Shown one piece after another: positions 25,062 to 31,758 of a stretch of 32,000 nucleotides of DNA (position 1 is the first letter of the stretch; each line of letters starts with the position of its first letter). Made by a program: the position numbers and the translations under genes. The DNA is from Desulfotalea psychrophila LSv54 (GTDB lineage Bacteria > Desulfobacterota > Desulfobulbia > Desulfobulbales > Desulfocapsaceae). The stretch covers positions 30,001 through 62,000 of the forward strand of contig NC_006138.1 of assembly GCF_000025945.1 (NCBI RefSeq), written 5' to 3'. The notes under the pieces are model-generated. The model worked only from the letters and a program-made list of their open reading frames with translations, was not told where the DNA came from and searched no databases.

Positions 25062-26366
25062 TTACATTGATTCTCTTCGGCGCTGGAGGGCGGTGCGGAG
25101 AAGGGCCAGGGCAACAGCAAGAAAGCAGGAGAGTAAAACTGTGGTGGCAAGGATGAGAGCTTTTTTCGGCTTTATCTTATGCCCACTTCCCGTCGCGGCA
25201 GAATAAACCTGAAGAGCATGAACTCCCTGCAGATCATCGGTGTAAGCATCCAACTGTTGCAGGCGAGAGAGAAGTCCTGGTAGTTCAGCGATATAGGCAT
25301 CATCATCCTTACGAGCCCTGAGCCCGTTAAGCTCACTACTTCCCAGTAAGAGCTCTCTCTTTTCTAGAAGGGGTTGCAGTTGCTGTGCATAAAGTTTTTT
25401 ATCGGAGATCTCTCTTAAAATCTGTATACGCTTCGCCAACACCTCGGTACCCAACAAATATACAGGCATAGCGGTTTGATCAGTTACCATTACCTTGAGA
25501 TTAGAAACATTTCTTTCAGAAATATTATCCATGGAGGTGGGCAACTTTATGCCAAGAGACTCTGCTATAGCATAATTTTCCTGCAAGCGAGTCAAACGAA
25601 CAGCACGGGATCGTAGCACCGAGGCCTTGAGGGCTGAAATTTCCATATCAACCTGTTCAAGATCCTTTTTTTGCTGAGCCAATAGACGGGTAATTCGATT
25701 CCCGCGGTCAACTGAGGCAGCATGGCGCAACAGTCCAATCTTATTATTTATTTCTTTACCCGCTTTCTGAATAACCACCTCCATCTCTTGCTCCACATAG
25801 GCAGCAGCCTTTTTATCCACAAAGAGAACAAATCCCGTCAGTCGCTGTTCTACACTCGTATTATCTCCTCCTCCCCGATAAGAGATGCGCAGCACCGAGG
25901 GATCTGAGACAGCTTTTCCCTTGATAGGTTTTGGGGCCTGAACCTGCACAGAAAGACCAACAAACTCCCCCTGCAATCCCTGAAGTTCTTCATCGGTAAA
26001 CGCCCCCTCCCTATTCCCTTGACGAAAAGTGACCCAACTATCAAAGGATTTTAAGTACTGGGAGACGATGCCAAAACGGTATGATCTAGTCAGCAAGTCC
26101 TGACCTGTAGCCACAGGCACAACCAGGGCAACACTATCGGCTTGACCTATATCCATTCTGGCCTGATAGGTCGATGGAAGGACGAGTAGCACCAGAAAAG
26201 CCACCAAGGTTACGGCCAGAACAATCTTCATAAGAAATTTTCGCTGATCCCAGATATCATGCAACAAACCGAGAAGATCTATTTCATCATTTTGAAAATA
26301 AGGCGATTGTTCTTTATCTCTTCCTCGAAATTCTCTGGCCAATAGCGCTGTCTTATCTTCTTGCAT
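25062..26366 (-). CDS. wzz: Wzz-type polysaccharide co-polymerase, paralogue b, 434 aa
   Basis: The start ATG at 26366 lies 7 nt after AGGAAGG. It has NDEIDLLGLLHDIWDQRKFLMKIVLAVTLVAFLVLLVL and a C-terminal KPKKALILATTVLLSCFLAVALALLRTALQRRR. The central region is collinear with paralogue a but carries about 80 extra heptad-like, Q/L/E/R-rich residues. Confidence 0.8.
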   Translation of the reverse strand: MQEDKTALLAREFRGRDKEQSPYFQNDEIDLLGLLHDIWDQRKFLMKIVLAVTLVAFLVLLVLPSTYQARMDIGQADSVALVVPVATGQDLLTRSYRFGIVSQYLKSFDSWVTFRQGNREGAFTDEELQGLQGEFVGLSVQVQAPKPIKGKAVSDPSVLRISYRGGGDNTSVEQRLTGFVLFVDKKAAAYVEQEMEVVIQKAGKEINNKIGLLRHAASVDRGNRITRLLAQQKKDLEQVDMEISALKASVLRSRAVRLTRLQENYAIAESLGIKLPTSMDNISERNVSNLKVMVTDQTAMPVYLLGTEVLAKRIQILREISDKKLYAQQLQPLLEKRELLLGSSELNGLRARKDDDAYIAELPGLLSRLQQLDAYTDDLQGVHALQVYSAATGSGHKIKPKKALILATTVLLSCFLAVALALLRTALQRRRESM

Positions 26367-26844
26367 AAAATACCTTCCTTGCATGGTAATAACTCATAAG
26401 AACTACAAAATAAAAAGACAACTACAGTTAACCACTGCCTTGAGGACACGGAGAAAGACTTTTTAGGTAAACTGCTTAAAAACAGAAATAAAACCTTGAA
26501 CTTTAAAATCTTTTTATCTTTAAGTTTCTTACTCCGCTTTCCTGCTGCTTTTTAAATAATTTCCTCTGTGTTCTTCAGCCAGTGGTTAATCCATTCGATT
26601 TTCTCGCTATTTCTCTCGCCTTTCGCCACTTCGCTACTACCTTTTAGGTAGTGGCTTTTTACCAAAAAATCTCTGTGTGCTTGGTTGCAGTGGTTAGCCC
26701 TTTCCTGCTGTTATATTTTCTCGCTGTTGTCGTTGCTGTTGTAGTTACTTTTCGCTTTTCGCTTTTTAAATAATTTCCTCTGTGTACCTGGTGTCAGTGG
26801 TTAACCTTTTTGGGGCAGGCACTGCGGAAAGAGAAGAGCAGGAG
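26367..26844. repeat. Repeat-saturated intergenic region
   Basis: An F head lies at 26427. R heads lie at 26582, 26690 and 26797. CTTTTTAAATAATTTCC tails lie at 26548 and 26762. A companion unit lies at 26616-26639. Confidence 0.8.
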
Positions 26845-26874
26845 GCCCCTTCCCCTGTTGAGAGGGGAAGGGGC
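26845..26874 (-). terminator. GC-rich perfect hairpin immediately downstream of the 514-aa Wzz-like gene (candidate terminator or RNA stabiliser; no U-tract)
   Basis: CCCCTTCCCCT (26846-26856) pairs perfectly with AGGGGAAGGGG (26863-26873) across a 6-nt loop. It lies 12 nt from the stop at 26886. The following sequence on the minus strand is CCTCCTGCTCTTC, not a T-run. Confidence 0.4.
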
Positions 26875-26885
26875 TGAGGCAAGGC

Positions 26886-28430
26886 CTATTTAAAGCTTTG
26901 CCCTCTTCTTCTCAGGGCAGAAAAGAGAAGGGCGGCGATAAAAATCATACCTAGTGCCAACATGCCAAAGGCTACCTCCAGTAGAATTATTTTTTTCGCT
27001 TCGTAAACCCCGGCCTGCCTCTTCTGGACTGGCCCGACAATGGTATACATCGTCTGGGATGGCTTGAGGTAGAGTTGACAAACTTCTTTATAGATAGTGC
27101 TTACTCCCTCAACTACTGCGACAAGATTCTCCTGTATTTGTAAAATATCTCCATTAACAATGGCAAATTTTTCATCTGCACTCAGGCGCTTGGCCAGGTC
27201 ATTCTCCGGAGTATTCTTCATATTCTGATAAAAACTGATATCAGACTCTACCCCGGCAAGATCAGTTCCCTCGGCAATAATACGCTTCATCAAGCCCTGA
27301 CGAAACTGTGCTTCGGCACTTTCGTTGGTCAACTTCACCAGGCGATCCAAAAAGGCATCGCCAATTTGCGGGATCATACTCCCCCCACTAGCAGACAGAC
27401 TTGAATTGCCACCAGCTCCAGAGCGAGAACTTCTGGTTGCCCTATTTTGGATATAGGCCTCCATGGCGTCCTCAACAACCCTTATACGTTTTTCAATTTC
27501 AACTCTTTTCCGATTAAGGGCATCCAACCGATAATCAATATAGAGGAGGGCCTGGTTTTTTTCCTTGAAGACCCCAAGTCCCCAAATTTTTGCAAAGAGA
27601 TTTTTAAAGGCAAACAGCTGAATATCTTTTATCTCACTCTGCAAATCGGCAATCGTTCCACGGTCGCCACGCAACAAATCAGCCCCCGGGAGTGCCTCTA
27701 CCCCCTTGGCGAATCCTTCAACCCTCTGCAGCACCAAGCGGTAGCGATCGGCGATGATCATAAACTCACTCTCCGACATATCCCGTAAAATCGCACTAGA
27801 AGAGATTATTGGAATAGAGTATTGAAAAATCCCCTTACTCTCCTTCGAATAATTGGCCCACCCCTCCAATAATTGGGTCAGAACAATCTCTGCAATATCA
27901 TAGGGAATGGCATCGCCAGCCATCCTCAGGAAATAGGGCGCCGAGGCCATTAAAGACCGCTTATCGGCAAGATACTCCTTATGCAAAACACCCCACTGCT
28001 CCGAGGACATTTTTTTAGAGGCTGTTGCTGCTAAAAATCGTTGTTCTAAAATGAGCATGCCCCTACTATCCTTAAGTACAGTAAGAGAGGCCTGAAAATC
28101 TTTAAAGCTGAGATATTCAGCAAGTTGTTTTTCTTCATAAACGGCCCGAAGAATAGGCGTTTCCAGCAGGTCTCTCACCTTAAAGCTCATGCCATTGGGA
28201 TACTCCCCGCTAGCCGCCCCGGCAAAACTAAAATGAACAGGCAGATCAACCACGCGCATCTCTTTTTTACTGAGCAAAAAGGCTGCCGAGGAGGCCATGA
28301 GGAAAAAGAGACAGGCAATAGCAATGGTGATCCATCTGCGACAGGACCATAAGTCCCTAAATATGGTAGTTAAATCTATACAATCATCATCTGCATGCCG
28401 CACAACATCAAGGGCTTTGGACTGGTCCAT
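26886..28430 (-). CDS. PCP/Wzz-like membrane protein, paralogue c, 514 aa (divergent)
   Basis: The start ATG at 28430 lies 8 nt after GGAG (MDQSKALDVV...). DDCIDLTTIFRDLWSCRRWITIAIACLFFLMASSAAFLL gives a Wzz-like N-terminal motif plus TM1. A long helical middle region follows, then the C-terminal TM ILLEVAFGMLALGMIFIAALLFSALRRR. The track extension to 28550 (..FFSVFSSSSVVN..) is translated repeat. Confidence 0.6.
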   Translation of the reverse strand: MDQSKALDVVRHADDDCIDLTTIFRDLWSCRRWITIAIACLFFLMASSAAFLLSKKEMRVVDLPVHFSFAGAASGEYPNGMSFKVRDLLETPILRAVYEEKQLAEYLSFKDFQASLTVLKDSRGMLILEQRFLAATASKKMSSEQWGVLHKEYLADKRSLMASAPYFLRMAGDAIPYDIAEIVLTQLLEGWANYSKESKGIFQYSIPIISSSAILRDMSESEFMIIADRYRLVLQRVEGFAKGVEALPGADLLRGDRGTIADLQSEIKDIQLFAFKNLFAKIWGLGVFKEKNQALLYIDYRLDALNRKRVEIEKRIRVVEDAMEAYIQNRATRSSRSGAGGNSSLSASGGSMIPQIGDAFLDRLVKLTNESAEAQFRQGLMKRIIAEGTDLAGVESDISFYQNMKNTPENDLAKRLSADEKFAIVNGDILQIQENLVAVVEGVSTIYKEVCQLYLKPSQTMYTIVGPVQKRQAGVYEAKKIILLEVAFGMLALGMIFIAALLFSALRRRGQSFK

Positions 28431-28900
28431 AACAAAACTCCATATTAAAAAACAAAAAAAACTACGGTTAACCACAGAGGAAGAGGAGAACACAGAGAAA
28501 AACATTTTATGTAAACTGCTTAAAACAAAAAGACAAGAACTATTAATCACTGGTGGAGAACACTGATTTCATTTTATGTAAACTGCAGAAAAGACAGATA
28601 CTAGATACGACAGATATAAGATACTAGATGCGAGAAAGAGCAGAAAAAGCGAAGGACAGTTAACCACTGCTTAAGAGCACACTGATTTCAGTTTAGGCAA
28701 AGGACGAAAATCTAACAGCAACCAAGGGCACGGCAAAACATCTCTGGCAACAAATCGTTAAAACTAGAGCTATCTAGCAGTTATCTTTTTACCAAAAAAT
28801 CTCTGTGTACTCTGTGAACTCTGTGGTTAACTTTTTTCTGTCTCTCTGTTCTTGATTGCCAGTGGTTAACTTTTTTTTACATTTGGCAAGGAATTGTTTA
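28431..28900. repeat. Repeat-rich divergent intergenic region between the Wzz-like gene c and nfo
   Basis: F heads lie at 28467, 28542 (degenerate) and 28659. GATACTAGAT-type short repeats lie at about 28597-28630. R heads lie at 28823 and 28862. Confidence 0.8.
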
Positions 28901-28937
28901 AAGTGGGTTTTGGGAATAATTACCAACAAGCTGTCCT

Positions 28938-28943
28938 TATAAT
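28938..28943 (+). promoter_or_regulatory. Possible -10 hexamer (TATAAT) for nfo
   Basis: A perfect TATAAT lies 24 nt upstream of the nfo ATG. No convincing -35 is present at 17-bp spacing, so this is weak. Confidence 0.25.
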
Positions 28944-28966
28944 AAAATAGCCACAAGAGGAAGAGG

Positions 28967-29845
28967 ATGAAATATATCGGTGCCCATGTGAGTGCGGCGG
29001 GAGGGGTTGAAAATGCTCCGAAAAATGCGGTTGCAATAGGGGCCAATGCCTTTGCCCTTTTCACCAAGAACCAACGACAATGGAAGGCCAAGCCCTTAAC
29101 GGAGGAGAGTATTGCCGCCTTTAAAGAGAATTTGACAGAGGCCGGGATAGAGGCCAGACATGTCCTCCCCCATGACTCCTATCTGATCAACCTGGGGCAT
29201 CCCGAGGCCGAGGCTCTGGAAAAATCACGGGGAGCATTTATGGACGAGCTGGGGCGATGCGCCCAGCTTGGACTACCCCTGCTCAACTTCCATCCCGGCA
29301 GTCACCTAAAAAAAATTGATCCGGAGGCCTGTCTGGATCGTATTGCCGAGAGCATTAATCTGGCCCATGGGTCGGTGGCAGATGTGATAACCGTTATTGA
29401 AAACACGGCGGGCCAAGGAACTAATCTGGGCTATCGCTTTGAGCATCTGGCCAGGATAATAGCGGCTGTTGAGGATAAGTCGCGGGTGGGAGTCTGCATT
29501 GATACCTGCCACGCCTTCGCCGCCGGCTATGACCTGCGCACTGTAGAGGCATGCGAGAAGAGCTGGGCTGAATTTGACCGGATCGTGGGCTTTAAATATC
29601 TGCGGGGCATGCATCTCAATGATGCCAAGAGTGAATTTTTCAGTCGGGTTGACCGGCACCAGAGTTTGGGGGCGGGAAATATTGGCTGGGAGGCATTTCG
29701 CTATATTATGAAGGATGATCGTTTTGATGATATCCCTCTCATCCTTGAAACTGTGGACACTAGCCTCTGGCAGGAAGAAATTAAAAAACTACAGCAGTGG
29801 AGCGTAGTGGAATGGCGAGAACTAGAAAAAACAAAGACAAGTTAA
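28967..29845 (+). CDS. nfo: Endonuclease IV (AP endonuclease)
   Basis: 292 aa. [13 protein letters not shown]...[13 protein letters not shown]...LLNFHPGSH...[44 protein letters not shown]...[29 protein letters not shown] is collinear with E. coli Nfo. The last ~12 codons and the stop lie inside repeat units. Confidence 0.95.
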   Translation: MKYIGAHVSAAGGVENAPKNAVAIGANAFALFTKNQRQWKAKPLTEESIAAFKENLTEAGIEARHVLPHDSYLINLGHPEAEALEKSRGAFMDELGRCAQLGLPLLNFHPGSHLKKIDPEACLDRIAESINLAHGSVADVITVIENTAGQGTNLGYRFEHLARIIAAVEDKSRVGVCIDTCHAFAAGYDLRTVEACEKSWAEFDRIVGFKYLRGMHLNDAKSEFFSRVDRHQSLGAGNIGWEAFRYIMKDDRFDDIPLILETVDTSLWQEEIKKLQQWSVVEWRELEKTKTS

Positions 29846-30060
29846 CCACAGAGGAAGAGGAGTACACAGAGAAAAACTCTTTAATTAAAAAACAAAAAAC
29901 CTTAAAGATTAAACAATTAGGAAAAGAAAAATGTTCCCCTCCATCAGTAGCTCACCCAAAGCCCTCTGTGTTCTTCAGCCAGTGGTTAACGCTGTTCGTC
30001 TTTAAGCAGTTAGCAGTTCACCAAAAAACCTCTGTGTTCTCTGTGGTGATGTAGTTGTCT
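29841..30060. repeat. 150-bp forward/reverse unit pair (29841-29990) plus one more reverse unit
   Basis: The left end reads GTTAACCACAGAGGAAGAGGAGTACACAGAG. The reverse complement of the right end reads GTTAACCACTGGCTGAAGAACACAGAGGGC. A degenerate R head lies at 30043 (GTGGTGATG). Confidence 0.8.
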
Positions 30061-30428
30061 TTACAAAACAAGACGTCGAACGCCATCCACCAAGCGAAGC
30101 ACATTAAAATTGATCAATAATCCAGTATGTACCCCAGCAAGCTTCATATAGGTCAACACCTGAGCAGTATGAAGTGGCAACAATGCTTCCACCACCTTCA
30201 GTTCAATAATGAGCTCATCAACGACAAGAAGATCAATACGATATCCCGCATCAATCTCAATTCCCTTATAGCGAAGAGGTAACATAACCTGAGTACGCAC
30301 AGCATGAGACCTTACAACTCATACAGCAAACAACGTTCATAGCTTGATTCAAGCAAACCAGGACCAAGCTCACGATCAACTTCTATAGCACAACCAATCA
30401 CTACGCCTGTCAACTCTTTGGCATCCAT
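30061..30428 (-). pseudogene. GxxExxY-family gene, inactivated (in-frame TAA at codon 39 plus a 4-nt deletion)
   Basis: The ATG at 30428 opens MDAKELTGVVIGCAIEVDRELGPGLLESSYERCLLYEL, followed by TAA (30314-30312). Relative to the intact copy, 24 nt are replaced by 20 nt, which shifts the frame. The downstream ORF 30061-30300 encodes the C-terminal two thirds. Confidence 0.85.
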
Positions 30429-30672
30429 AGCATCCTCTGTGTTCTTGGTCTCAATAATTAAAAACAAAGATAAGAACAGAAAAAACTACAGTTAACCACA
30501 GAGAAAAGGAGTTCACAGAGAAGAGCATTATAGATAAACTGCTTAAAGACAAAAAACAAAGATCAACTACTATAGTAGTTATCAATGTCCCCAAAAGAAC
30601 TAGGTATTTAATCTTTATTTTTACTACTTTTAAATAATTTCCTCTGTGTCCTCTTCTTCCTCTGTGGTTAAC
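30429..30672. repeat. Repeat-rich intergenic region between the GxxExxY pseudogene and ddl
   Basis: A degenerate R-like unit lies at 30431-30460. An F head lies at 30491. A 16-bp perfect palindrome lies at 30565-30580. The unit CTTTTAAATAATTTCCTCTGTGTCCTCTTCTTCCTCTGTGGTTAAC spans 30627-30672. Confidence 0.8.
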
Positions 30673-31636
30673 CCTTTTTGCCCTTGCTTTTCTCTAATCC
30701 AAGCTCGATGAGGGTATCAAGGAGGGAGGGGAAGTCCATGCCGGTGGCGGCGGCTTCCTGAGGGAGGATGCTGGTTTCGGTCATGCCGGGGATGGTGTTG
30801 GTTTCGAGCAGGTAGAGCTTACCGTCTTCACCGTAGATGAAGTCTGTGCGAGAGTAGCCGCGCAGCCGCAGGGCTTGGTGGGCACGAATGGCATGATCCT
30901 GCACCTGCTCACGAAGGGCATCGGCAATGAGGGCGGGACAGATCTCCTCGGAGGCACCGGGTTGGTATTTTGCCTCATAGTCAAAGAAGGCATATTTATC
31001 ACCGGGAACAATTTCCAGTACCGGTAGGGCCTGTAGATCGTCGTTACCGAGGACTGCACAGGTAAGCTCCCGGCCCTTGATAAATTGCTCCACCATGATG
31101 GCCCCGGCACTACAGTCTCGGGCATGGTTTATCCCGGCCAGCAACTCTTCTTCTGTATGGGCCAGAGAGATACCAATACTGGAACCTGCACAGGCAGGTT
31201 TGACCACCAAAGGCAGACCGAGATCCTCGATAAGTTCCTCTGAATAAAAGAAATCCCCTGCGGCAATGGTATGCCAATCAGCCACGGGAAGTTCAGCGTT
31301 ATAATAGAACTCCTTGGCCAGGTCCTTATCCATGGCCAGGGCACTGCCCAATACCCCGGAACCTTGGTAGGGAATGCCGAGCAGGTCGAGAAAGCCCTGG
31401 ATTGTACCGTCTTCACCATGCAGACCATGGAGGAGAATAAAGGCAAAGTCGATGGAGGCGGCATCGGCGGCAAGTCGGGGCAGATCGGTGGCCGAATCAT
31501 AGCGCGAGACCAGATACTTCTCTTTATCGAGGATCCTCTCGACACCGTCGGCCCCGGTCAAAGAGACCTCTCTCTCACCGGAGGTTCCACCAGCTATCAG
31601 GGCTATACGTAATCTTTCTGCTCTTTGTTCTTGCAT
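30668..31636 (-). CDS. ddl: D-alanine--D-alanine ligase
   Basis: 322 aa. IALIAGGTSGEREVS, HGLHGEDGTIQGFLDLLGIPYQGSGVLGSALAMDK and the C-terminal LLETNTIPGMTETS are Ddl/ATP-grasp signatures. Confidence 0.93.
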   Translation of the reverse strand: MQEQRAERLRIALIAGGTSGEREVSLTGADGVERILDKEKYLVSRYDSATDLPRLAADAASIDFAFILLHGLHGEDGTIQGFLDLLGIPYQGSGVLGSALAMDKDLAKEFYYNAELPVADWHTIAAGDFFYSEELIEDLGLPLVVKPACAGSSIGISLAHTEEELLAGINHARDCSAGAIMVEQFIKGRELTCAVLGNDDLQALPVLEIVPGDKYAFFDYEAKYQPGASEEICPALIADALREQVQDHAIRAHQALRLRGYSRTDFIYGEDGKLYLLETNTIPGMTETSILPQEAAATGMDFPSLLDTLIELGLEKSKGKKG

Positions 31637-31758
31637 TTATTTCTTTCTCCGTGGTATTCGATCTCTATATTTATGCATCCTCACTCCTTTTAAAATTTCC
31701 CGGGAAGGATGTTCATTTGCCTCAAACCTTTAAAAATATTTCTTCCAGCCACTCTATT

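Noticed and set aside
24207-26384. Upstream ATGs at 24221 (wzz a) and 26384 (wzz b) as start codons
   Set aside because: Each overlaps the Shine-Dalgarno sequence (GGGGAGGA, AGGAAGG) that serves the next ATG, at 24206 and 26366. The downstream starts are preferred.
18436-28550. Long N-terminal extensions of the track ORFs 18436-20577, 21227-21679 and 26886-28550
   Set aside because: The extensions (MFSSSSVVNCSCFF..., MLFVLAVLFVVKF..., ..FFSVFSSSSVVNRSFF..) are translations of repeat units. Internal ATGs at 20436, 21598 and 28430 have proper Shine-Dalgarno sequences and give family-typical N-termini.
21025-30054. Other ORFs lying in repeat DNA or across the nfo start: 21025-21270, 24709-25002, 25015-25206, 28297-28566, 28789-29091, 29797-30054, 20417-20599
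   Set aside because: They are low-complexity translations of the 9-nt periodic units (S/F/L/C-rich or T/E/K-rich) or antisense overlaps with well-supported genes. None has recognisable domains.
20437-30672. Could the repeat-rich intergenic DNA be one or more CRISPR arrays?
   Set aside because: The units occur in both orientations and their spacing is irregular, from 17 nt to several hundred nt. Unit sequences vary internally and the 'spacers' are themselves repeated. No cas genes or leader are present in the window.
20437-30672. Integron-like cassette array, with the F..R modules as attC sites. GTTAAC contains both AAC and GTT, and single-gene islands are present.
   Set aside because: GGTTAAC and GTTAACC each miss the RYYYAAC / GTTRRRY consensus. 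The head abuts the next sub-repeat without the usual spacer. The modules are 150-1500 bp and multi-unit rather than 57-141 bp. Gene orientation is mixed, housekeeping genes are included, and no intI is in the window. It is still worth running an attC covariance model (IntegronFinder) to close this formally.
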